This document shows positions 51,986 through 63,078 of a stretch of 64,000 bases of DNA, one piece after another (position 1 is the first letter of the stretch; the number at the start of each line of letters is the position of its first letter). The notes beneath the pieces are model-generated. The model ran no database searches. It saw nothing but the letters and a program-made list of their open reading frames with translations, and was not told the DNA's origin. The DNA comes from Azolla caroliniana (Eukaryota > Plantae > Polypodiophyta). Where the stretch lies: contig JBHGNT010000011.1 of assembly GCA_043228905.1 (NCBI GenBank), positions 13,950,001-14,014,000 of the forward strand. Direction: 5' to 3'. The position numbers were made by a program, and so were the translations under genes.

Positions 51986-52289
51986 CCCACGAATGTGAAT
52001 ATGTCAATCTATGATTGCACCTATAGATATGGAATTTTGCATCACATCTTGATCTAAATCATATATAATTTTTGCACAATTTTGTAACACATGATTTAAT
52101 AAAGACACTTTTACTTATACACCATATATTATTTAACTTTCAATTGAAGAATTTCAAAGCAAGAAAAGTCATATTGCGAGTCATAGAGTGTGAACGATAG
52201 AAACAATTGCTATAAACCAAGTGCACAAGAACCAAAAACCCAAAAGATGTGTGAGAGTGCTAGAGAGAGAGTGAGAGAGTGAGAGAGAA

Positions 52290-52328
<39 letters not shown>

Positions 52329-53403
52329 CGTCTTCTAAGACCAAATTTGGCCCATGAGACAATTGGTTTACAACAAAATGGGGTGTTTGCCCAATCATTG
52401 AAAAAAATAAATAGAACATAGACTAAAAGAGTTCTAGTATTGTACAAAACGTATTATGGTGTAGCATATTCAATAAAATAAATGGCTTTGTAGTAGGCCT
52501 AGTTTCATTTCCATCCAAGTCTCTTGAAAAGAAGTGGGAGGTCAAATGGCTTTGATGTGGGTGTAGCGCGTGGTCCCAATATAAAAGGTAACCCAACCAT
52601 AGCTTTTAGGAAATGTAACTCACGTTCCCTTATCTTTTGAATCGTTTCTACACCACGTTGAGTTGCGTTGAAGCCCAACATCCGAGGGTGTTTAGTTGTT
52701 ATTAAATTTTCTGCTTCAGCAAGGAAGAGCCTGAGTGGTGTAGGTGTGTCCACGTTCATCGTCTCCCCCTGTCCTTGGGTTACATATTGGTGAATATTAG
52801 AAAAGTTATTGTTAACATTTTGTCTAAGCTTATTCTCTCTATGTTTGTTTGGATAAGCTCGTGTCTGATTTTGACTTTCGACCCCTAGTCAATCGTTTGC
52901 TTTCCACTCGTGCTTGCTCCTGTGCTTCTTACTGGAGCCTCGATCTATTTTTAGCCTCTTGGCATTCCGATTCTATGGACTTTGCCTTTTCGGCTCGTTT
53001 GATGGGGTCGGTCTTTGACTTTCCTTCTTTCTGCTCGATCGCTTGTCGTAGTCATATCATTGTCCTTAGTGCTCCGAAGCGTTGTTGTGGGAGTGGCTTC
53101 GTTAAGCAATTGATGATGTTCACCTTGGTGTCAATCTTCCGTACTTCGAGTTTCTTCTTTGTTAAGAGATCCCGGATATGATGAAACCATACCTCAATAT
53201 GTTTCGCGTTCACATGATAGACTGGATCTCGAATGAGGTGTATTGCACTCTGAGAGTTGAGTAGATGGTCAACGTTGGATGGTCGATTCGTCTTGTTGCT
53301 GAGAAGTTGGCTGACAGTCGGTGCAACTAGATGACTTCCTTTGGTACTATGTACTCAACCTCTATGGTAGACATGGCCGTGCACTCTTGAAGCTTCGAAC
53401 CCC

Positions 53404-53749
53404 TTAAGTTACATATAAATTTGTATATGGTTTACTATTGTATAGTCTAGAGCATATAATACATTCAGAATATTCTAGTTTTTAGTATATTCTAGAAATA
53501 TTCTATGGTATATTCTAGAGATATTCAACCTCAGAACTTGTATAAATATGTGTGTTCACCTAGATTACAATCAAGGTAAACAACACCAGTTAAGGAGTCT
53601 ACCACGTGGGAATCAACGAAGAATTCACAAACCGATATCCCCACAAACCGGCGATCGGTTTGGGAAGACATCGTAGGAGGGGGGATAATGTCACATTCTA
53701 GACTCGAACCTTTGACCTATAACACACCCAATACATGGTATTAGATAAA
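53404..53749 (+). mobile_element. Deleted remnant of a gypsy-type LTR element
   Basis: TATTCTAG repeats and TATAAATA, then PPT AGGAGGGGGGATAA (53675-53688) followed by TGTCACA. Confidence 0.65.
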
Positions 53750-54129
53750 CCATATTTACGGCATAGGCAAGATCGGGTCGGGTTGCCACCATTGTGTAAA
53801 TGATTCTTCCTATGGCCAATGCGTAGGGTATCTTTCCAATAGCTTTCTCTATTCATCTGTTGAAGGAGAGTCTCTGTCCAATAGTCGGATTGACGTCGGA
53901 AGCGGGGTTGATGCTGGCTTCGCGTTCTCCATGTCGAAGCGCTTCAACACCTTTTGTATGTAGTCGGATTGGGAGAGCCAGGTCTTTGCTATCCAATTTC
54001 TCTCTATTTGCATGCCTAGTATGTGTCGGGCTTGGCCAAATTCCTTCATCGCAAATTTGTCGTGAAGGCTTCGCTTTAGTTCTCCGATCTCTGCTCGATT
54101 GCTCCCTGCAATGAGCATGTCGTCGACAT

Positions 54130-54913
54130 TGTCGAGGAAATCCTCGCGTGTTCGCGAAATGAAGCGGAACCACCGGGGTCCTGGACTGGAAGGATTCAAA
54201 GTTTGTACTAGCTTTAGCGAGAAAGTATTGAAGATAGATAGATAGATGGATGGAAAGAGAGAGAGAGATTGAGATAGAGATTGAACCACTGACTTTAGTT
54301 TTACAAGACAAGATACATCACCATTAGGATAACTCAGATCTTTGATTAAAAGTTTTTTCCTTACATCACTTGCCCCCCTTACACAAGCCTTATGAGGGTT
54401 TTTATAGGTCTATTCATGCTTCTAACATGCACAAAAACATGGGCTTGGATCCATGGTTTTTGGGCACATGGTTTTTCTTGTGGCATGCACAAAAACATAG
54501 GCTTAAAAACCATGGTTTTGTGCACACGGTTTTGTACATTTGTTTCCTATGGAATACTGAATATGACAAGGAAATATACAAAATTTAGACCTTGGTAGTA
54601 GCTTTAGTGGTAAGTTAATTTCCTTTTATCTTGGAGGTGCAAGGTTCAAGCCTTGCTTGCACCCCTCTGTATGCACTCAAATGTTACTAGGCTTTAGTAT
54701 TACTTTTATATTTACAAATGTTTGATTGCACATCACATGTGCACATGTTTAACTTTACATCTAGATTTTCTTTTACGATTCTCATTTCAGTCCTATTTAA
54801 AACATGCTAGCATATGTGTGTGGCCTTCACCCCTTCCACACGTGCACATTGCACCTTCTCGATTTCGTCCGTTGCACACAATTTTCACACTGTTGCCGAA
54901 AATCTTCACGACA
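54130..54913 (-). mobile_element. Solo LTR (784 bp), Gypsy-A superfamily
   Basis: Element strand starts TGTCGTGAAGA; 4-bp TSD ACAT/ACGT; removal restores YVDD; shared U5 motif. Confidence 0.88.
54594..54665 (+). other. tRNA-like Pol III module inside LTR U3
   Basis: A-box TAGCTTTAGTGG (54599-54610); B-box GGTTCAAGCC (54643-54652) within a GCAAGG/CCTTGC hairpin. Confidence 0.6.
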
Positions 54914-55943
54914 ACGTATAGGATCAGATAGATTCGGGACCTGTCGGCCAATTACCGAGTGCACATACATGGGTCGGAGTTGGACCGGTGGTAGCCAAGC
55001 TACCAAATGTAGGAGTCAAACTTCTAGTACCACATTCTTGGCGCTTGTTTTAAGCCATAAAGGCTTTTCTTCAGTTGACATACGAGGTGACTTTCCTCCC
55101 CTGTCGCCGTGAAGTCTGCTAGTTGAGACATATAGATGTCTACTTCTAGATCTCGGTGTAGGAATGTTGTCTTGATGTCCAACTCCTCAAGCTCAAGATC
55201 TTTTGTCGCCACGACCCCAAGTAGAAGTCGAAGGGTGGTCATCTTGACTATTGGTGAGAATATCTCATCGTAGTCGACCCACGTTCCTATTTGAAACCTT
55301 TGACGACAAGCCGAGCTTTGTATTTGGGCTTGTCCGAATCGGATACATATTTGTATCTGAATACCCACTTGCACAATAGTGTCTTTCTTCCAACTAGTGA
55401 TTCAACCAACTCCCATGTTTGATTATGATATATTGAGTCCATCTCGGATCTCATGGCTCGTAGCCATCCGACATCCGGCACGACTATAACTTCCTCGTAG
55501 GAGCTTGGTTCGCCTACGTCCATGTAGTTGACGTAGTCGAGGTCCGGTTGATAAAACTCTATCAGCCTTCTAATTCGTTCGGATCTCTTGGGTGCCGATG
55601 TGTTTAGTTCGGATTCTTCAATCACCTCTGTTGGTTGATCGGTATTTTGTGAACCATCTTCAGGAGTCTTTCTGGATGACTCGTCCTTGGTATAGGATTT
55701 CGGCGATTTTTGGTCATCCTCCCCTTATGCGGGGTCGATTGATAGAGGTATGTGTGCCTTGACCGGTTCAGCTCTGTCCTTTGGCACTTTAACTTGTTTG
55801 GGCAATTTGATCGTGTAGACTTGTCTTCACCTTCTATCAATCTCTTAGTCGAGTTGAATCCAACTAGTGGACCTCTTATCGAGTCAAATTCGATAGAGGG
55901 ATCGTTGGCTTGGTTTTCTTCGATTCTTTGTCAAGTCGCCAAT

Positions 55944-56503
55944 TAGCAATGGGCCCGGTTTTGGCCCGAACCAGACCGAACAGTTAAATCGTGGCTTAAT
56001 GGTTTATTGGTTCAAAGATAAATAAACAATTTAGTTTCGTTTCAAATGTTATGGTTCGGTTTTGAATTTCATGGTTTGGCGGTTTATCGGGTTTGGTTTG
56101 GTTTGGTTTTAAGTTTCATGGTTTAGTGGTTTTTTAGTTTCGGTTTCTGTCAAATATTCCTAAATTTTCATGTCTAGGCTCTAACTTATTAAATTTTATA
56201 TGCATTATATGTAAAGTCTCTTAAATTTGATTTATGATTATCAAATTTATGATAAGTATGATGACCAAATTTATGACGATTTTCTCACTCAAATTCATAA
56301 CAAGTATGATAATCAATATCTCTAAAAAATGGTTTGGTTTGGTTCTAAATTTTCCATAAATGGTTCGGCTCTAAATGGTTCAGTTTAAATGACTTCATAA
56401 ATTTTAAATAGCTTGGTTTGGTTTTTATTATAAATAAATGGTTTGGTATGGTTTCAAGGCCAAGAAACTGAATCGAACCGAAACCGAACCGGGCCCATTG
56501 TTA
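55944..56503. mobile_element. Non-autonomous hAT element (MITE)
   Basis: TIRs TAGCAATGGGCCCGGTT / AACCGGGCCCATTGTTA; perfect 8-bp TSD TCGCCAAT. Confidence 0.94.
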
Positions 56504-58985
56504 TCGCCAATTTGGCCCAGTTGGTCAGTCCTTCTACGATATATTTGTCAAAGGAGACCTTTTTGTCACTTCTCTTAGGCTGATATGGGTTTGAGGATAG
56601 AATGGAGTCTTAATTGAAGACTACGTCAATGCTCTGGATTAATTTCTGATTCTTTGGGTCCTATAACCAATAGCCGAATTCCCCATCGGTTCCATAATCG
56701 AGAAATATGCACTTTGTTGCATGGGGTGCCAACTTAGTCTTTTTGTTCTTGGGGATGAAAGTGTAGGCTTTGCATCCGAATATGCGGAGCCTGTTGTAGG
56801 TTAGTTGTTTGCCTGACCATAGTGCTTGTGGCACCTTGAGCCGTACTACCCCGACAATGATAGATTTATCAAATAAATGACCGTCTGCAATGCCTTGGCC
56901 TAGAATTCCAGCTTCAGTCCGGATTGCTGGTGCATTGCCGTCACCCTCTCCTAGATCATTCGGTTGATCCGTTTTGCCACTCCATTCTACATGGGTGTGT
57001 AGGGAACGGTCTTTTGGTGCCGGATCCCTTTCTTAGACAGGTACTATTTGAAGGCTTGGGAGGTATATTCACCTCCGTTGTTGGATCGAAGTGTCTTCAC
57101 TCGGTGTCCAGACCACTTCTCCATTTCGATTAACAATCGAGCGCTTCATCCTTTGACCTAATCGAGTAGGCCCAGACCTTCCGTGTATAGTCATCTACGA
57201 ATGTGATGAAGTATCGAGAGCCTCCTAATGGCCTTTCCGGCATCGGTCCACATATATTTGTGTGGACCAACTCTAGGGGTTGTCATACCGTCTTATAATC
57301 GAGCGAGTGCAGACTTCGGGTCTGTTTCCCATAACGACAATGCTCATAGAAGTCCTTCTTCGATTGGAGTTTCAGGATGTAGCCGATTGCCATCAACCGG
57401 TCTAGTCCGGCTTGAGACTTATGGCCGAGTCGGCCATGCCATAGATTCGACTATGTTCACAGCCCCTTCTGGACTGATCGCCATTAGTGGGTATAAGTTA
57501 TTGTACTTGTGCCCATTATTGATTTTTAGATTTCCTCGGCTGAGCATCCATGATGACTCATTGAGGGTCGTTCTGTACCCGGCTTCGACTAGCATGCCAA
57601 TGGAGACCAGACTCCTTTTCAGTGTAGGTACGTGCAGGACTTGGTGTAGGGTGATGGTATTGTTGTTTGGCAATTGGATGGGGGTTTCGTTGATCCTTGC
57701 GATTGCTCACTCATGCCCGTTGCCTAGTCAGACTGTGTCATTGACGCCAGCTGAATAGTTCGAAAACCATTTGATGTTGGGGGTTATGCAAAATATGGCT
57801 CTGGAGTCCAGTAGCCACATTCGTGCGTCTTGCGCACTGTAGAGGACTTCTCCAATCATCGAGTCCTCCAGAGAGAGGATTTATCTTGATCAAGAGTCGA
57901 CAACATTGATTTGGTTACCAACTAGAGAACGGTTCGATTCAGATCGTCCCAAGTTCCGCTCCAATTGCCGACCGTTCTCCTTCCTCTTGATCGACCAGCA
58001 GTCGGAAACATTGTGATCGGCTTTTCTGCAATGGGTGCAAAAATCACCTAGTCGGCTATTTCTCGACTTCGATCGTTGTCGGTCCTCCCTCTTTCTCGAC
58101 TGACTGGTTCTTTGGTTGGTTCTTCTGGCTAGCTCGGTTGAGTAGTGGGCTTCTGCCGAGTCGTCAATGGTGAGGCCCATTGATTTTCATCGGATGTCCT
58201 CTGTGAGGACTTGACCGATCGTTTCGTCCAAATCTAGCTTTGGACAACTGTTGGCGAAAGTCATGCAAAATACCTCCCATCTTGTCGGCAAGCTCGAAAG
58301 TAATGCAAGGGCTTTCACTTCTTCTTCGAAGCAATCCCTTGGGAGGAGAGTTCAGATAACACCTCGCTGAAGGTGTTAATGTGGGAGGTTGTCGGATCTT
58401 TCTCTCTCATCTTCATATTGAACAACTGTTGGATCAATATGAGCTTTGATGAGGAGGATTGCTTCTCATAAACGGCTTAGAGCTTCTCCCACAAGGTAAA
58501 TGTTGTTGTCTCTTTGACCATGTTGAAGTAGACGTTCTTGGCCAGATGCATTGGAATGGTCGACTTGGCTATTTCATCCAGCGAGCGCCATTCATTTGTT
58601 GTCATCGAGGCTGGATTGTTGTTGTGTTGTATTGCCTCGATTTGACACCAGATGATAAGTACATCTTGCATCATCTCCTTCCATAGGGCTGAAAGTTTTT
58701 GCCGTCAAACTTTCGGATTTCTACTCTTGTACCAGATGTAGAAGCCATGTTTTGTAGGAAGTAAGATTTTTTTGACCTGGTCCTTTCCTTAGGTTGATTC
58801 TTCTCTTCTCAGGTTTGTGTTGCTATTGCCGCCAGACTATAAATAGAGGCATATAGCAATTGTAATACGAAATATATTTTTTTCACTTGTTATTTCATTA
58901 TAGAAAATTCATGTATATTCTAGATTACTCTGGAACATTCCAGAAACTTCAGGAATACTATTGCCGCCAGACTATAAATAGAGGC

Positions 58986-59121
58986 ATAGTTGGGAGGCTT
59001 AAGACTGGCGTTAAACCGAATTGGTTCTTAATAGTGCCATATGCCTCTATTTATAGTTTCTGGCATATGGCACTATTAAGAACCAATTCGGTTTAATGCC
59101 AGTCTTAAGCCTCCCAACTAT
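58986..59121. repeat. 60-bp inverted repeat with 16-nt spacer
   Basis: Arms 58986-59045 and 59062-59121 are reverse complements with 1 mismatch. Confidence 0.95.
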
Positions 59122-62100
59122 CCTTGTATTCTTCTTCATCTAATATACTTCTTGCTATCATAATTCTATATGTCTGTCTCTCCATCTCTCGTGATTCCCA
59201 CACAATCTTTCCCTTCTCTCTACATGTAGTACTAATTCTCTCAATCTCTAGTAATGATTCCCTCTGCCTCTAGTATTATTCCTGGCAGTTTAAACCAAAT
59301 TTCTCATCTTCTTATCCTCCCTTCCTCTAATACTAATTTTCTTATCCTTCCTTCCTCTAATATTAAATGGCAACGGTTAGTGCACAAGAATACCAATCCG
59401 TTTTCTCAGAGCTTCAATGCTTGAAAGAAAAATTTGTAGCATTAGAACAAGAAAATCAATGTTGGTTGGGGATCTTCAACAAATCAGTTTAGAAAAGAAG
59501 CAAACGCAACAACACAACGGGGAGTTGGCATTACACATGCAACAATTGGAAGCAACTATCATGTCGTTGCAACAACAAGAATCGAGTGCTCAAGGGATCC
59601 CCAAAGAACACAAGATTGGTCTTCCCATGAAATTCGATGGAACACAATCATAGTTCAGAGGGTTCATTAATCAGGTATGCCTGGTGATTCAAATGCATCC
59701 TTCTTGATATCACACCGATGCATCGTGAGTGGGACTAGTAGGCACATTACTTACTGGTATAATGTTAGCATGTTTCACCCCTTTGTTAGGAAAAGGATCT
59801 CCTTTGTTAAATAATTTCGAGGAATTTATTAGCGAGTTTAAAGTATGTTTTGGAGATACCGATAACGTTAGGATGACAATCAATAAAATCTGAAGACTAC
59901 GTCGAGGAGATCGTCCGGCCTCAGCTTATGCTGCAGATTTCCATCTACTTGGCACTGATATCTCATGAGACGACCAATCATTGATGGAGCAATTTCAGTA
60001 TAGCCTACGCAATGATGTCAAAGACTTACTCCTGACTTTCCCTGAAGAACCAAAGTTGCTCATAGAGGCAATCAGTCGAGTGGTGCGATGCGATAATCAA
60101 CTTTTTGAACGACGTTCAAAACGGTAGTTACAAATGCCAAGGACAAGATTAGAGCCCACATACACATCAGTCGTAGCAAAATCTTTTCCAAAGGATTCAT
60201 ATCATGCGTCCTTGGCAAATACACCAACACCAATGGAAATCGACACAACATGTTGTCGCGGACCATTGTCGAAAGAGGAAAAACAACGACGCTGAGCAAA
60301 TCACCTATGTCTATATTGCGGTGGTCCAGGGCATATTGCAGTAAATTGTCCCCATAGGCCAAGAAGATATGTAAATCAAGTAGTTGCTAGTACTAAACCC
60401 GAGTCTATTTCATTAGGAGTGCTTGATAATCATAGTACCCCAAGTTTATCAAACAAATTTGAAGTCCTCAGTCAACTAGAATAAGAGTTAAAAACAATTA
60501 AGTCCAACCAATATAGGAGTCGTTTCGTTGGACAACCCCGGATCTGTGCAACCTATTAGTGGTTCCATTCCTTCTAACCAAGTTAGCAAGGTGTTCTTAG
60601 ATCAAGTAGAAGTTAGTACTAGAAGTGACCCTCCAATACATGTCTTACCACTCTTATATACCATACCTAATTCTTGCTTCATGGATAGGAATTTGGCTCA
60701 AGTTCATCAGATATCCCTAAGAAAGCTTCCTTGCCCATCATTCGTAGTAGTCATTGATGGTCACCCCATTGCTTTTGGAAATATCGTAGAAGAGTCAAAG
60801 CCAATTTGTGTTGTCTTAGATAATTTGGTATGTGCAAAATATCATTTAATATAATTACTAGTCCAAAGCATCCAATTGTCTTAGGATTACCATGGTTCGA
60901 ATTACACAACCCCGAAATCGATTGGAGAATGAAAGAAATCAGGTATCTCCAATCTCAAGCATCCACTCATAAAATTTCAACCATTTTGCTACATCAATTG
61001 CATGAGGAAGGACGAAAGGAACCAATGTTTTTATTCACAATATCAGTGAAACCTTCTAGTATCATTAAGGAGGAGTCAACAATTCAACTTCCAAAGAAGT
61101 ATCACCATTATGCCGATGTTTTTGATAAGGTAAAAGCTAATACTCTTCCTCAACACTGACTATATGATTGCCCCCTTACTTTACAACTAGGAAAAGAGCC
61201 ATCGTGGGGATCAATCTACAACTTGTCACCCATTGAGCTTGAGGTTCTTGAAGCCTACATAGACGAAAACTTGGCAAATGGGTTCATTCGACATTCGAAA
61301 TCTCCAACCAGCGCACCTATTTTCTTTGTAAAGAAAAAGGATGGATCACTTCGTCTAGTTGTGGATTACCGTGGCTTGAATAAGGTCAGTATCAGAAATA
61401 GGTACGCACTTCCCCTAATCTTGAGTATTTTTGAAATGATTAATGGTGCAAAGTTTTTCACAAAGATCGACTTACGAGGAGCATATAACCTCGTACGGAT
61501 CCGACCGGGAGATGAGTGGAAGACAACTTTCCGCACCTGATATGGGCATTTTGAGTATATTGTTATGCCATTTGGGGTCACCAATGCATCAACAGTTTTC
61601 CAACATGTTATGGCAAATGACATTTTTCGAGATCCTTTGGACAACTGTCTGATCATCTACCTGGATGATCTACTAATTTATTCAAAACACAAGAAGAGCA
61701 TTATTCTCATGTACAATTAGTATTAAAACGAATACGAGAACATGGCCTTTATGTAAAACTTGAAAAGATTTGTAGTTTTGATTGTAAACATGTGGAATTT
61801 CTAGGCTATGTCATCTCCTCTGAAGGAATCTCTATGGATTCAACTAAGGTCCAAATGGTGTTAGAGTGGCAGACTCCACGATCAGTGTGAGATGTGCAAT
61901 GTTTTCTAGGATTCACAAATTTCTATCAAATGTTTATACAAGACTACTCAAAGCTTATTTTGCCTCTCACACAACTCACAAAGAATGGGCAATCATTTGT
62001 TTGGACTAATGAAGTGAATACTGCTTTTGTGGGTCTCAAGAAAGCATTTACATCACCTCCTATTCTAGCTCATGTTGATATGTAAAAACCATTTATTATT

Positions 62101-62503
62101 GAAGCAAACACGTCATATTTCGCACTTGGTAGTATTTTGTCACAACAAGGCGACGATAAGAAGCTACATCCCGTGGTTTAGGAATTATTAGCTATAGTGG
62201 ATTCCTTTGCACAATGGAGACATTTTCTAGAAGGATCTCCTAATCAAATCACAGTATTCAGTGATCACAAGAACCTTGCCTACTTCTAGAATGCTCGTGT
62301 ATTAAAGCTTGGTGGGCCCAATTTCTCACTCATTTCGACTTCAAGATTGCAAGAAACAAGGGAAGGCAATGTCACAACACAGTGACATGAAATACATAGT
62401 TGGTGAGGATTGAACCTAGTTGGGTTACATATTGCACCAGTCTTAAGCCACCCAACTATCCTTGTATTCTTCTTCATCTAATATACTTCTTGTTATCATA
62501 ATT

Positions 62504-62560
<57 letters not shown>

Positions 62561-62564
<4 letters not shown>

Positions 62565-62918
62565 GTAAAAGCACACAATTATATTAATTGTATGTAAAAT
62601 CCACTTAGTTACAACACTTCTTAGTTTCCTCTACCTATCATATGCCTATGTAGGGAGAGGGATGTTCTTTAATGCTACTAAAAAACCTGAATATGCATTT
62701 GAGGAAATGATCCCCACATGCTCTAACATCCAAAAATTCCACATGAGAATACCTTTAAGCTTCTTTATATAGGCTTTCACCCCATGTCTATTATCAAACA
62801 TGAAAGCATTACACATATTCCAATTGTGTTATAGACCCCAATAACATAAAATTTGGAACAATATCTCCATCTCATCATTTGATCCATTTTGAACATATTG
62901 AGAAAAAAACCATTGTTG

Positions 62919-62921
<3 letters not shown>
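62561..62921 (-). mobile_element. Probable 3' stub of an L1/Tx1-like LINE inserted into a (GA)n microsatellite
   Basis: Absent from the 5' LTR copy; flanked on both sides by (TC)n; encodes WNMCNAFMFDN, similar to the L1 C-terminal IW..RN...F motif. Confidence 0.55.
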
Positions 62922-62967
<46 letters not shown>

Positions 62968-63078
62968 CCCCTCCCTCTCTTGTGATTCCCACACAGTCTT
63001 TTCCTTCTCTCTACATCTAATACTAATTCTCTCTATCTCTAGTACTGATTCCCTTTGCCTCTAGTACTATTCTTGACA

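Larger units (their letters stand above)
52191..58822 (-). mobile_element. Decayed Ty1/copia element (Tork-like; Copia-F) with nested insertions, 5' LTR missing
   Basis: 3' LTR 52191-52758 (TGAACG...CGTTCA) and PPT about 52762-52770. RNase H, RT (LILYVDDML), integrase, CTHCRKADHNVSDC, and Gag start MASTSGTRVEIRKFDG at 58748. Confidence 0.9.
58823..63078 (+). mobile_element. Decayed Ty3/gypsy chromovirus-like element (Tcn1-like; Gypsy-E), integrase deleted
   Basis: The 5' LTR remnant ends at 59287. Gag from 59367 (PMKFDG..., CLYCGGPGHIAVNC), protease (VLGLPW), RT ([40 protein letters not shown]) and RNase H. RNase H is joined to the PPT and the 3' LTR at 62370-63078. Confidence 0.92.

Noticed and set aside
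52780-53060. Charged C-terminal extension after Copia-F RNase H
   Set aside because: Interrupted by several stops; cannot be distinguished from a purine-rich 3' UTR.
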